Positions 1 through 14,339 are shown, counted from the stretch's first letter. The stretch: 64,000 bases of DNA from Octopus sinensis (GCF_006345805.1 NC_043002.1:106702001-106766000); one strand, 5' to 3'. Numbers and translations: made by a program. Notes: generated from the letters alone by a model not told the origin.

Positions 1-381
1 GCTGCAAGGGACCACTAGACAGGAATGTTGGGGATATTTTCAACGGCCTTAAAGACATCCGGCATAATAAACGAACTTTCTCTGGCGCTGTCAGTTATGG
101 CCAGCGTCTGGGGTCTGGCCGTACTATTGCTGAGACCACACAAATCATAAATGGTACAGTTGCTACGACAACAGTTGCAACGACAATTGCAACTACGACA
201 GGAGCAGCAGTGACATCTGGTGTCCCACCATCTTCAAAGAGCAGAGATTCTGGTGTCTTCCGTTTCATGCGTCTCTTGCAGGGATCCGATGAAAAGAAAG
301 TGGAAACTAGCAATTCCCAACAGAGTAGTGTAGTTGGCCTTGACTGGTTGTTTAGTACAGACAGTGAGTCCGTGAGTTCAG
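1..381 (+). CDS. pcx: pecanex exon (5'-truncated by window), Thr/Ser-rich N-terminal region
   Basis: Stop-free frame from base 3 (CKGPLDRN...DWLFSTDSESVSS); donor CAG|GTAATC at 381/382, phase 1 matches next exon; poorly conserved region so assignment rests on phase. Confidence 0.75.
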
Positions 382-636
382 GTAATCATCATAGCTTTTC
401 ATACTAGTGGGATGTTGGGGCTTGCATACATGTCATCGTTGTTGTTTTATGTCTGCTTTTTCATGCTGATGTAGGTTGGGTGGGGTTTTTGAGGCAGTGT
501 TTTGTAGTTGGATGTTCTTGCTGTCACTAACCTATTTAGCCACTTCTTAGGATACAAGGACATGGTGTACACCCTCTAAAACAGAATATATGTTGGTGTG
601 TGTGTGTATATATATATTTTATATATATATGCACAC

Positions 637-841
637 AGGCGGCAAGCTGGCAGACACGTTAGCACACCGGGCGAAATGCGTAGCCGTATTTCGTCTGCTG
701 TTACGTTCTGAGTTCAAATTCCGCTGAGGTCGACTTTGCCTTTCATCCTTTCGGGGTCGATAAATTAAGTACCAGTTTCGCACTGGGGTCGATGTAATCG
801 ACTTACTCCTATGTTTAACCCCTTGTAGGTAGTAAAGAAAT
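637..841 (+). mobile_element. tRNA-derived SINE family 1
   Basis: GGCGGC(G/A)AGCTGGCAGA head, GAGTTCAAATTCC B box, shared body; multiple copies. Confidence 0.85.
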
Positions 842-1350
842 ATATATATATTTATATATATATGTATATATGAGTATGTAATGTATAAATGTATATGTAT
901 GGATGTGTGTGCGTTTATATATATATATATATATATACCTACAGATATGTAAATATTTTATTCTCAAACACAGAATAATGCTGAATAGCGTAAATAGGAT
1001 AGAACATTCTTATATTGCAGAAAAATTTGTTAGCGGCCAGCCATGAGACTCAAACTCACATCTCTGTGATTACCGGTCAAGTGTGTTACCTTTAAGCTAA
1101 ACTGCCAACTAACAAATTCTTCTGCAATTTTTGAAGTTAGAAATTTAGCTTTTATAGATGTTATATGTGAAATTATGATATACATAAACAAAGTTTGCTT
1201 TTTTAGAAGCGTTGAGATGTGTATTTTTATATATATATATCATCATCATGAATGTATGCGTGTGCATATATATATATTGTATGAATGTATATGCATGAAT
1301 GTGTATGTGTATATATATGTATGTATTGCATAAATGTATAGGTATGAATA

Positions 1351-1406
<56 letters not shown>

Positions 1407-2111
1407 TGCATATACTCCCCTACCTACACCCACATATCACCATCATTTAAAGCCCTTATTTTGTTTTGTTTTGTTTTTTGTTTTCCATACCTGGTATATA
1501 TTAGATAAATCTGCATCTCTTGTTTTGCATTATCTTCAAACACAACAACTGAGAAACCTATCCAACTTTGATGTTGTGTATGTCTTACAACATGGAGTCT
1601 GTGCCATTTTATCTCCAGCTCACCAGACACAAATGTTCTTCCTACCTAGTATCAGGTCTTATTTATAGTTATTTTCCCTCTTTTTGATGCATTGTGACAT
1701 CTATGTCTTGCTTGAATTTTTCTATTTTCCTCATGCTTTCTATGACTGGATGTCCTTTCTACCACCAATCACTTCACAGACTGTATTAGGTTAATTTTAA
1801 CATGCCGTCAACACAAAAGAGATTGTCCAATGTGGGAAGGATTAAAGAATCCCACTGTTATTCTTACTCGGAATTACCTCCCTTTTAGACATCTTGTGAA
1901 GTACACATTTCCCATTCCATTCCACTGATGTACTGTCAAGAAGTGGAACCAACACTGAAGGCTGAATGTCTCTTCTTTAGCACAAGAGTGTTAAAGAGTT
2001 GTCTCTATCTTGTATTAGTCATTAGCCAGAATTATTGCTCCTCTGGATTAGTTACTTGTGCTGCAGCATACAGAGTTCTTATCTCTGTTTTTACACAGTT
2101 TTACTGTTAAA

Positions 2112-2335
2112 TGTCATCATCATCGTTTAACGTCCGTTTTCCATACTAGCATGGGTTGGACAGTTCGACTGGGGTCTGGGAAGCCAGGAGGCCGCACCAC
2201 TCTCCAGCCTGATCTAGCAGTGTTTCTACAGCTGGATGCTCTTCCTAACGCCAACCACTCCGTGAGTGTAGTGGGTGCTTTTTACGTGCCACCAGCACAG
2301 GTGCCAGGGGAGGCTGGCAACAGCCACGATCGCTT
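2112..2335 (-). mobile_element. RTE 3'-UTR fragment with (GAT)n tail
   Basis: Reverse complement of 17260-17428 plus (CAT)n; similar copies at ~5686, 18490, 22225, 36095, 44110, 54665, 57885, 59335 (-) and ~19520, 25570, 40700, 42795, 51060 (+). Confidence 0.85.
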
Positions 2336-2660
2336 GGTCCGTATCTGGAATTATTGCAGCCCTCTGAGGAATATATTTGCTGTGTCTTTGGGTTTCTACA
2401 GCAGTTCTTGGTGGGATAAGATGTCACTACTAAGTCGTATTTTATGTCTGCTGGGCATGAGACTTTATCCATGATGCATGTAGACAGTCTGTTGTTCTAG
2501 GCTACCAGTGGCTGGATGTATTTGTCAGTTGTTAGGCTCTATGGACTAGAATAGTGTTTTAATTATACACAACAGTTCAGTTAAGAGGGAAGGAGAGCCA
2601 TAGAGATCATCAGAAGTTGCTAGATGAAATGTTAAGTATAATAGCTAAGTGTGTAAGAAA

Positions 2661-2886
2661 AGGCGGCGAGCTGGCAGAAACATTAGCACGCCAGGCGAAA
2701 TGCTTAGCAGTATTTCATCTGTCTTTACGTTCAAATTCTGCCGAGGTTGACTTTGCCTTTCATCCTTTTGGGGTCGATAAATTAAGTACCAGTTATGCAC
2801 TGGGGTCGATATGATCGACTTAATCCCTTTGTCTGTCCTTGTTTGTCCCCTCTATGTTGAGCCCCTTGTGGGTAGTAAAGAAATAA
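2661..2886 (+). mobile_element. SINE family 1
   Basis: Same consensus as 637-841. Confidence 0.85.
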
Positions 2887-4883
2887 GAAAAGAAGCTAAC
2901 AGTAGCAGTTTGGATGATGTGGTGTGGTGGGCTTGCTTGGAGCAGCCTTCACTATGACTGTAAGTAGTGGCAATCTGTAATTTCTGGGCATAAAAGATAC
3001 TTCTGTTATGAAAGTAAATAGAAAAGATACAATCTAAGAATGAGACTATGTCCACGGCTCTCCATAGTTTAGCTGTCAAGGGTGCATATCACATTAGGGT
3101 TTATGGAAATTAGGATGAAATAAAAGGCTGGGGTGTTGATGTCACTGACCTGCCTAAGGTTTTTTTTGCATGTATTTATATTGTTGGAAATAACCATTAG
3201 TGAGGAAACAGGGGAAAATGTGAATGTGTTAAGTGGGGCCTACAGCATCTTGTGTCCTTATGTCTTTCTCACAGCCAATGGCTGATTGAAGCAACATAGA
3301 AATCAAAGACAAAAAAACATTGCACATATTTGTTGATCTTGTGACATGAACTAAAAATAGTTTCTGATATATATACATTTTCGTTAAGATCCTTTATATA
3401 AAATTAAGTGTTGAAACAGATGTTGTTTGGGAGGGTCATTTTGCCAATAAAAACATTAATGGTGGTTGTATTTCACTTCTTTTTATTATTGTCAGTCAAT
3501 TGGTTGGCTCATAATACAAAGAAAATACAACCAGTACTTGTGTTTTTGTTGGTGAAATAGCCCTCCCTCTCAAAGTACAATACACATATGCGTGTGTGTG
3601 TGTGTTATTACACACACACACACACACGTACATATTTTTTTGCTGTGTGTATGAGGGATTAGCTGTGGATGTGTGCCTTGAATGCTCTATACTTTTGTTC
3701 TAGTGAAATAAAAATGTTATTGATGAAACATTTAACCCCTCCCCCTACATCTGTAATAAAAATATATTACCAGTAATATATGTGGGTCTATTATATTAGT
3801 TGTGTTTCCCCCTCTGCTTTTGTATCTGGTTAATTTGAATCGTTATTAAACCAATGAAAAAGTGACTTCTTACCAATCTGGCTTTGTTTCAGTCTAATAC
3901 ACTTGGAAAGGCATGGAAGCCACAGCTTTCTCCCAGTTGTAGTTCCATAATTTATACCAGTAGTGTTCAAAGAAAGGTTTGAATGCCATAACTTCCCCTT
4001 CCACCTCTTAAAGATGGGGCCTTCAGAGTATGTCGAGGACTACTTTGTGTACTATGTCCATTATTTAAAGGTAACAGGGTGTGATTTGGCTGCTATTTCC
4101 TGCAAATCAAGTGATTCTTTCATTAACATTTGAGTCTGAAGTTGATATTGTTTGGCCCTGAGTATGTCCCTGTTTAAGCTGGGCCTCATTAGCTAAATGC
4201 TTTCTCACTAAGACCATCCTGTCTGTGTTTCTAGAACTATATTGTTTAATGTTTCTTTTGGTTTTGTAAGACAGCAGGATGTGATACAAGGGAGAATTGA
4301 TTGCTATTTCTTGCAGATTGAATAGTTTGCTGCTGTTGTTAGAAAAGAGATATTTAAGGATCTAGCAGTGTTCACTTACCTCCCAAATTATGTTGAGGCT
4401 GACTCTGCTGTCAATGAAATAAGTACCAGTGTTATACTGGTGTAGCTTTCATCCTCTTTATATATTCATTGACTCTCATATTGCTAATGTGCTACTCTGA
4501 TACAGTTAACAGTGAGACCTCTTATATTTTCTCTGTTACCATTGTGGGTTCAAACCCTACCAGAGTCAACTTATTTTGTCCTCTTCGTTAATAAAATTAG
4601 TGCTCGTTATATACGGTTGTTGATTAATTTCATAAATTCCTTCCTCTCCCAAATTAGTGATTTTCTGCTAAAGCTTTTATTTATTATTCTTACAGTTGTT
4701 TAGGCGGCGTATTTGCACAGTTGTTAGTGTTGAACATAATCCCTTGTGACTCTCTCTGTTCTGAGTTCAAATCCCACTGAAATTAATAAAGTACCAGTTA
4801 AGTCAGTGTTATCGACTAATGCCTTCTCTCAAATTTCTGGCCTTTTTCCTATATTAGTAACTATTATTGTTATTATTATTATT

Positions 4884-5277
4884 AAGGTGGCGAGCTGGCA
4901 GAAACGTTAGCATGCCGGGCGAAATGCTTAACGGTATTTCATCTGCCGCTTCGTTCTGAGTTCAAATTCCGCCGAGGTCGACTTTGCTTTTCATCCTTTC
5001 GGGGTCGATAAATTAAGTATCAGTTATGCACTGGGGTCGATGTAATCGACTTAATCCGTTTGTCTGTCCTTGTTTGTCCCCTCTGTGTTTAGCCCCTTGT
5101 GGGTAGTAAAGAAATAGGTATTTCGTCTGTCTTTATGTTCCGAGTTCAAATTCCACTGAGGTCGACTTTGCCTTTCATCCTTTCGGGGTCAGTAAATTAA
5201 GTACCAGTTGCGTACTGAGATCGATCTAATTGACTGGTACCCTCCCCCAAAATTCGGGCCTTGTGCCTGTAGTATAA
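4884..5277 (+). mobile_element. SINE family 1, full copy plus tandem partial copy
   Basis: Full copy to ~5118, second body from ~5119. Confidence 0.85.
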
Positions 5278-6888
5278 AGGGTCATTATTATCATCATCAT
5301 CATCATTATTATTTACTGTTGAGGTATGTTCCTGCAAATCTACTTTCTTCATTTTGTGATGCAATATTTTCAACTGATGCCTGCAAGGCCTAGCATACTT
5401 TTATCCTGTTGTTCATTCTTATCTCACAAAAAAGTATCTTTTACAATAACCATAAGTTGCTGATCCAAGCATCATCAGTGAAATTGGATAAGCAGAAACT
5501 GTGTGGAAGCCTGTCAAACTGTTCTTGTTAATGCTTTTAAGACCTGGTCCCTTGTACTGTTTGGTGTCATCATCTGGTTTTTCAGTATTTCAGTGTTTCC
5601 AGCTAAGCTTGTTTTGTTGCGAACATTTAGACCAAGTTTTCAGTATGACGATAACACAATATTCCTTATTCTCTACCTGTCTCATCATCATCACCATCGT
5701 TTAACGTCTGCTTTTCATGCCAGCATGGGTTGGACAGTTTGACTGAGGACTGGCAAGCCAAGAGGATGCACCAGGCTCCAATCTGATCTGGCAGTTTTTC
5801 TACAGCTGGATGCTCTTCCTAACGCCAACCACTCCAAGAGTGTAGTGGGTGCTTTTTACGTACCACTGGCACGGGCGTCAGTCAGGTGGCACTGGCATTG
5901 GCCACGCTTGAATGGTGCTTTTTATGTGCCACCGGTACAGGAGCCAGTCAGATAGCACTGGCATCAGCCACACTTGAATGGTGCTTTTTACATGCCACCA
6001 GCATGGGAGCTAATCAGGCAGTACTGGCATTGACCACGCTCGAATGGTGCTTTTTACGTGCCACTAGCACGGGAGCCAGTCAGGCGGCACACCTGTCTGT
6101 TTAAATTAAAAGATCATTCTTGTTGTCATGCAGGCATTGTCAGTCTTTCTCTCATTGACTCTGCTTTAAATATTGTTACATTTCAAAAAATGTTGTTTCT
6201 ATTTGGTTGTCATCTCTTTTGCTGCCCTCACCCATAAACCACAACCTCCCACCCTGTTCGATTTTCAACTACCATCTTGAAAACAGAAACAATATATTAT
6301 GTGTGTGTGAGTGAACAAACTAAAGTAGCATTCAGCATGTCCAGTAAGAGTTAAATATTTTTGATTAAGTTCAACTCAGCTTCACATGACTTAAGGTTTC
6401 CTGGTTACATTGGATACATCCATTTCATGGGATGCTCCTGACATATTAATTTATAGCATAGAGGCCTTGGCACATCTGATCAGATAAATATGTCCTATAC
6501 GCCCACATAATAACTTTGAGCTATTACGATATATATATATATATAATCATCATCATTGGCGTTTAACATCCACTTTCCATGCTGGCATGGGTGGGACAGT
6601 TTGATAGGAGCTGGCCAGGCAGAAGCCTGCACCAGACTTCTGTGATTGTTTTGGAAGGATTTTTACAGCTGGATGCCCTTCCTAACATCAACCACTGAGC
6701 AGAGTGGACTTAGTGCTTTTTACATGGCACAAGCAAAGGTGAGGTCAGTTTTGGTAAGGTTTTTACAGCTGGATGCCTTTCCAAACGCCAACCACTTTGC
6801 AGTGCGGACTGCATGCTTTTTAAGTGGCACCTGCACTACCAGGGTCACCGAGTACTTTGCAAGACAACAAAAAAAATCTTTTGATATG

Positions 6889-6929
<41 letters not shown>

Positions 6930-7203
6930 CAATTGCAGTGTGGAAGGGTGTTTATAAGCCATTTAAGAAACACACAGAAACCGTTAGATTCACTTCAACA
7001 TTTAAATTTAATTTGCCAAAATATTTTTGTCACTTTGAGACCGCGACCTGTTCACTGAGATGCAGCACGGAATTTTGTCAGTGAACAGGTCGCAGTCTCA
7101 AAGTGATGGAAATATTTTGGCAAATTAAATTTAAATATCGAAGTGAATCTAACAGTTTTTGTGTTTCTTAAATGGCTTATAAACACTTTCCATACTGCAA
7201 TTG
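6930..7203. repeat. Fold-back MITE, ~125-bp arms
   Basis: CAATTGCAGTGTGGAAGGGTGTTTATAAGCC ... GGCTTATAAACACTTTCCATACTGCAATTG, ~20-nt loop. Confidence 0.88.
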
Positions 7204-7580
7204 TTTTTGTTCCAGCACACGATCTCAGATCAGGTCACTTGCTATGCAAGTACATCTCCGTAATATATATAGCATTCTTTGCAGATGATTTCAGATTTTT
7301 ATATGATTTCAAGCTTTGTATTTGCAATTTTCTGTTCATGATTGTCATCACCATCACCTTCATCATTGTTATAGGTATAAGTACCATTATCATCATCATC
7401 ATTATCATCACTACCATTAGTTTCATTGTCACCACCATAATCACCACTATCGTTGCTACTACTACTACCACCACACCACCATTTATGTCATCAATGATAA
7501 AAATTTCAAAATCTCTAATTTTGTTTTACACAACCACCTTCACTTCTCTTCACAAATAAAAATTGTTTTAACTCTCTGTT

Positions 7581-7641
<61 letters not shown>

Positions 7642-7827
7642 TCTAATGAGGGTAGAAATTGATATCAATCAATTGACATCAATTTAAACCAGTGGTCTAG
7701 CATATTCAAAATAAAAATCCGAAGATTTAAAAATTACATTACAATTAATAAAAGGAATGGTAAAGCAATTTGACATCTATCTTTAGCATATCAGGAAGCC
7801 ACTTTAGTGGTCATTCTTCTTATTAAT

Positions 7828-7878
<51 letters not shown>

Positions 7879-10800
7879 ATATATATGTAAATCTTTGTTG
7901 TTGTCATGGCAACAGTAACAGCCACTGGCAAGATGTCAACTAGTGTAGTAAACTGTTTGGACAAGGGCCATTACTCTCTCTCTCTCTCTCTCACTATACA
8001 CACATACATGTATGTATATATTTTTATAGATATATATATATATATATATGTATGTATATGTGGTCTCCTATTGTGTAGGCCAAGCAATTATACGAACATT
8101 GTATTAATAGCCTTCTCCATTTTTCATTCTGGGTGGTCACTTGACTTGTCTCTTCTCATCACTGGCCGTGAAAATATCTTCCTACTCTCACTGCACCCCT
8201 TGTTCGTTCTATTCATGACTGACCATCACTAAATGTTACTACCTGCATGTCAAATGAGCCAATGAGGAGACCTGCTACATCACCTGACTTGCTAGAAATA
8301 GCAAACAAATCTTTCTCAAATCACACACACACACACACACACTTAATTGAAAACTAGGATGCGGGAAATGTATGAATAAACCTTCTTCCAATGTTTTTTA
8401 TAGCTTTGTGCTTAATTAAGGAGTTACTATTATCTTAACGACCCTTTAGAGAAACTGGGATAGTTTGAGGCAACCTCTACTTGGTCTCTTGGCAAACCTT
8501 CCTCACATCACACAAATTATATAGCCTGACCAATACAGCCACTCAGTAAGATTTGAATATTCTAATGTTTATATAACAGGGTCCAAATCTTAAGACAGTC
8601 TGTAGGAATGGTCACAGCTTGTTGATTGAGTTTGGCAGAAATGGTAGAGTTGTAGTGCTCCAGACTGAATTAAGTTACATTCCTTTGTGTTCTGAGTTTG
8701 AATTGTGTTGCATCTTTCTCACACCCTGCTTAAAAAGGAAAGGCCACATTAAATAATGCAGTACGTGATAAAAACAAGGATTCAAAAAGGGAGTTGGCCC
8801 TGGCTGAGAATGAATTTGATGGATTGTATTTTCAAATTATGCGTGTTGTGTTTTTGAGCAAGACTCTTTATTTCATGTTGCTCCAGTTCACTCAGCTGTA
8901 GAAATGAGTTGTGAGGTCACTGGTGCCAAGCTGTATCGACCCCTTTGCCTTTCTCTTGGATAACATCGGTGGCATGAAAAGACAAGGCTGCTCTTTCATA
9001 AACAACCTTGCTCGCACTTGTGCCTCAGAGGGTAACTTTCTTGGTGCAATCCCATAGTCAGTCATGACTGAAGGAGGTCACCCAATTATACGTGTATGTA
9101 TGTGTGTATATGTGAATGTGTACATATGCTTGTATATACATATATTTATATATAATATATGTGTGTATATATATCTAATGTAGGATAAAACTTTTTTCGA
9201 AAAAACTTCTTCTCCAAAAAAATTTTATCAATGGCCAGCATATTAGAAAATACCTTTAAAGGTTAGTGTATATATATGTATATATTAATACATGCTATGT
9301 TTCTGATGTTCTTTATGTGTTTGTATGTCTCTCTTGCTCTATCACTGCCTCATCTCTTTCCCTCTCCTTCCCTTTCTCTCTTTCTATCTCTCCCTCCCTC
9401 CATTTCTCACCATCATCTCTCTAAAAACTCAACTGGACTGCCAGAACCAGACTTCTGTCTGACAGATTGATGTATCAGTTCTTACTGGAGAGTCACCATG
9501 GCTTTCTTGAATTATTGTTGTTAGATTGTACATGTAACAACAGCAAAAACAGTGTACTCAGCAGCAATATCCCTCATAATTACAATAGCTAAATTTACAT
9601 TGAACCAACGAGGGGAGGCCCCTATGCTGTTGATTGACTTGCTAGAAATTGTTATGGGTTGGAATATCCTCAGTCATAGGTCTCCATGTTCAGAGTAGGC
9701 CTAGGGCTAAGTAGTAACCAAAAAAAAAAAAAAAAAATAAAAAAATAAAACAATAACATGAACAAATAACAAATTTCTTAAATTTTTGTTTGTCTTTTAA
9801 ATGTTTTTAATTTGTGAGTTTTCAGTATGTAACCTGCCACCTTTGACACCATTATTATTTAATATTTACTGAGACTGTGAACAGAGTTTTGGTTTGTGTA
9901 TATGTACTGTGTGTATTTGTGTGTGTTTATATCTTCCTCTGTTCCTCCTCACTTTTCCATGCTTGCATAAGTCAGTTTCTCCGAAGCAGATTTACTACAG
10001 CTGGATGCCTTTCCTGTCGCCAACCCTTAACCTGTTTCCAAGCAAGGTAATATTTCCCTGCAGCTGTGTTAGGACAGAATATTTGAAATCAATGATACTG
10101 GTTGTATGACAGTGATACTCGTTAATAACTGCCATATGATGTCAAGACACAAGCACGCACACACACACACACACGTGCACATGATGGGGTTCTTTCAGTT
10201 TCCATCTACTCATCGTGGCACTCTGTCAGTTATGATGGTGAGGGTTCCAGTTGATCCGGTCAATGGAACAGCCTGCTCGTGAAATTAACGTGCAAGTGGC
10301 TGAGCACTCCACACACACACGTGTACCCTTAACGTAGTTCTCGGGGGAGATTCAGCGTGACATAGAGTGTGACAAGACTGGCCCTTTGAAATACAGGTAG
10401 AAAAGAAAAAGGAAGAAAGAGTAAGAGAAAGTCGTGATGAAAGATTACAGCAGGCTTGCCCCCCCCCTACCGAAGCCTCGCAGAGCTTTAGGTGTTTTCG
10501 TTCAATAAACTCTCACAACGCCCGGTCTGGGAATTGAAACTGCAATCCTATGACTGCACTTCCATTTACTACATCTTCACACAAATCTTTGGCTAGCCTG
10601 AGGCTTCAGTGGAGAGGCTTAGGCACATTAAGCTAGTGAAGGTTTCAGTTTTCATATAAGTGTGAGTGAAAGATTTCCCCATGGATGGTACGCCAGTCTC
10701 TCACTAGGTTTACTCCTCCGTCCTCCAGTTTTCGCTAGCGTTTATTTTTAGCTTAGTAGACTGGAGCAGTATGAAATGAAATTTTTTGTTCAAGCACATG

Positions 10801-10930
10801 ACACCCTGTCTGGTCTGGGAATCCAAACTACAACCTTATCAACAAGATTCCAACTCAGTATGGAGCTGTGCGGTTGATCATGAATTTTATATTTTAAGCT
10901 GAAATGAAGATTGAGACAATGAGATCTTTA

Positions 10931-11105
10931 AAACAGTTCTGTATGTAAGAGATGAGGAATTATTTACATTATTTACATTTGATGGATATTTGTCCTCATC
11001 TTGTTTGTTGTTAACACAACATTTCAGCTGATATACCCTCCAGCCTTCATCAGGTGTCTTGGGGAAATTTCGAACCTGGGTTCTCATTCCTAAGGTATTT
11101 TTCGA

Positions 11106-11140
<35 letters not shown>

Positions 11141-11339
11141 TGAGTTCGATTCCAGGCAGTGACCTGAATAATAATAATAATCATAATAATAACATCGAAA
11201 AATACCTTAGGAATGAGAACCCAGGTTCAAAATTTCCCCAAGGCACGTGATGAAGGCTGGAGGGTATATCAGCTGAAACGTTGTATTAACAATAAACAAG
11301 ATGAGGATTAATATCCGTCAAATGTAAATATTTTTAAAA
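10931..11339. mobile_element. tRNA-head/hammerhead element, inverted two-arm copy
   Basis: Minus arm plus plus arm of the same sequence, each with a hammerhead-like core; flanked by direct repeat AATGAGATCTTTA (10918-10930, 11340-11352). Confidence 0.85.
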
Positions 11340-11645
11340 AATGAGATCTTTAGTTCTATATTTGTATTGATTTTCAAGTTTGAAAAGGAAATCATAGTAG
11401 CTTGTTAGATGGATTATACCAGTAATTCAAATGTCCACCATTGTCAAGCTTTGTCAGGCTGATTCTATTTGAGAATTATTAAGAGCATGTGCCTGTGGTG
11501 TACTCAGTCATTCCACATGATAATTCAGTGAAAACATTGGTCAGTTGAGCAACAGTCGGACATGGAGATTGTTCTTGATAGGAAAGTTCATTACATATGT
11601 GAAGAGCAGAAATCAGTGAGCGTGAAATTTGTGTGTATATATATA

Positions 11646-11677
<32 letters not shown>

Positions 11678-12270
11678 AACAAATTTAATGCTTTAGCAAA
11701 CACACACACACATGTGTGTTTCTTATAAGATTAGTGAGAAGAAGTGAAGGGATTGTTCCTTAGTTTATTTATATACAAGTACAGAAAGTCTTAAAAAAGA
11801 AATGCAATGTTTGTGCCTAGAGGCACAAGCTTTCTCAAGCACTGCATGAAAATTCTTAAATGTAATAGCATCAATATTCTGCTTCATTTTACTTTCTTTT
11901 ATTGGAGAATTTGAAATTTGAAGACTTTCTGTTCCAGTATATAAATAAACTAAGGAATAATAACTTCATTTTTTCTGACTAACATTAGTATTATTATTAA
12001 TATACTATTCTGTACACGACTATATATATATATATGTATATAGTTTTAATTCAAGAGTAACAGACAACTTGTAAGATGTTTCATCTGCAGGTAGTTTTGC
12101 TGATCTCCTGATGTAAATTCTTACAAGTTGTCAGTACGTCTGGCCATAACAGTATTACATTCTGGCATCAAATAAAGTGAGTCCTCTGTGAAATTCATGG
12201 ACACCATAGACTTAGATATAAGATATTTCTAAATCTCTCAGAGAGATTTATGCAGTAGCAGCTCGATAAA

Positions 12271-12748
12271 GTGATAGTATGTTGTCAACTTAATGTGACA
12301 GTCCCATGAAAGGGAAGAATGCTACTGTTACTTAGTCTTAGGAAACTCTGTTTCCTGTTGGACTTGACATATTTCTTGTGTCCTTATGTTTTCAAAGTGG
12401 AGACAAGCATCTCCACCCAGCAATCAGAGACTAGTTTCAGAGTCATTGCTCATCATATATTATTTCTATTTTCAAAAATCAGTGAATGTAATTCACTTGA
12501 AATATATGTTTTCAAAGGCGGATAGGCATCGACCGCTAGCAAACCATGCTATTCCAGACTGATGAGCAATGACTCTGAAACTAGTCTCTGGGTGCTGGTT
12601 TTGCTGGGCAGAGGTGCTTGTCTCCACTTTGGAAACATAAAGACACAGGAAATGTGTCAAATCCAACAGAAAACAATATTTCCTAGGGTTAACAGTAGCA
12701 TTCTTCCCTTTTATGGGACTGTCACATTAAGTTGAAGCATACTATCAC
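12271..12748. repeat. Fold-back MITE, ~180-bp arms
   Basis: Left and right arms complementary; shorter relative at 19949-20086. Confidence 0.85.
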
Positions 12749-12792
12749 CATAGATATATAACTGACAACTCCTGTGTGTGTGTGTTTTTACA

Positions 12793-12831
<39 letters not shown>

Positions 12832-13402
12832 ACTATTTATACACCAGCATGTACATACACCTACAAACTTCATTTATAACCAATAAAACATGTTTGTACT
12901 TGTGTGTGTGTGTGTGTGTGCACTTGTGTGTGTGTGTGTATATGAGGGCTGATCAAAAAGTATCAGAATTGTTGCTATGGTAACAGAGCTAAAGTATGCA
13001 GAATGGAGTTGCTCGGCACAGAATGACCTTGAACACTAAATTCTAACACTCTTTCTCACTTCTGTTATTTGGAGCAGTGCTTGGAAGTAAAGTGTGTGGA
13101 TTGTGATCATCTCACCACACCGCAGACGTTCCACCAGTGACCATGGCAGAGAAAACATGTGTGTGTGTGTGGAAAGGGACATGGCTTGAATGTTATTATG
13201 GCCAAGAATCTTTCCAAAAATCAAACCACACTTGAAATGAACAAAATTTCAAGATGTCAAAGAAATTCAAGAAACTGCAACCAGATGGCTGCTCACTATC
13301 CCCAAAATGAAGTTCCAGGAATGCTTCCATCAATGGAAACAATGTTGGATAGAGTGTGTGGCTTTGGAAGGGGGTTACTTCAAAGGAGACAAAAGGGCGA
13401 AT

Positions 13403-13790
13403 TTATTCTTTTACTTTTGTCAGTCGTTCTGACTGCGGCCATGCTGGAGCACTGCCTTTAGTCAAGCAAATCGACCCCAGGAATTATTCTTTGGAAGCCT
13501 AATACTTATTCTATTGGTCTCTTTTGCCAAACCACTAAGTTACAGGGACGTAAACACACTAGCATTGGTTGTCAAGCGATGTTGGAGGGGACAAACACAC
13601 GCACACATATATATATATACATATATATATACGACAGGCTTCTTTCAGTTTCCGTCTACCAAATCCACTAACAAGGCTTTGGTTGGCCCGAGGCCATAGT
13701 AGAAGACAATTGCTCAAGGTGCCACGCAGTGAGACTGAATCCAAAACCATGAAGTTGGGAAGCAAGCTACTTACCATACAGCCACTCCTG
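13403..13790 (-). mobile_element. tRNA-derived SINE family 2 (CORE-like CCTTGGGCAAG, internal TA/CA tract)
   Basis: Reverse of GGCGCAGGAGTGGCTGTGTGGTAAG...GAAACAAGTAAAAGAG family. Confidence 0.85.
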
Positions 13791-13991
13791 ATAATGTTTT
13801 GATCAGACCTTGCGTGTATAAATGTGTGTGGGTGTAGATGCACACACACACACAAATACATTTATACACCATTACACGCCAACATTTACATACAATCACA
13901 TAGTTTTTTTTTTGTGTGTGTGTATGTGAGAGTGTACAGTTGTGTGCGTGTGTCTATCTGTTTCTATATGTGTCTCCATATCTCTGGTCAG

Positions 13992-14285
13992 GTGAGAGTC
14001 GCTCTCAACTCGAGGTGTCTGAGTCGACGAGCACAATCACCAATGATGACACAAGCCCCGCCGCAACGGGTGGTGACGGCTTTGATGATGACATAAGCCC
14101 AGCTGGAGACCGCGAACAGCCCGGTCAGTATCACTTGCTTAAGGAACACGACAACACATCACCAAGCAGCCCCAGTCAAGACGAACTTGATTTGAAGCAC
14201 TGTGGCGCCATTCCAAAGAAATACTCCTTGAAGCAGTCTGCTGACCCACAACTACAGTCACAGAATTTATCCAGTAGTCCATCAG
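13992..14285 (+). CDS. pcx: pecanex exon
   Basis: Acceptor TCAG, donor GTAAG, phase 1-1; ESRSQLEVS...CGAIPKKY...SSPS. Confidence 0.8.
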
Positions 14286-14339
14286 GTAAGAAAACTATTG
14301 CTCTTTTGACTTCTCTGTTCTTTAAACAGACTGTTGGTA

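Noticed and set aside
95-313. Minus-strand 72-aa ORF
   Set aside because: Antisense shadow of the first pecanex exon
382-13991. Additional exons or a nested gene in the 13.6-kb intron
   Set aside because: No candidate with good splice sites and non-repeat coding signal found by eye; a small symmetric phase-1 exon cannot be excluded without RNA data
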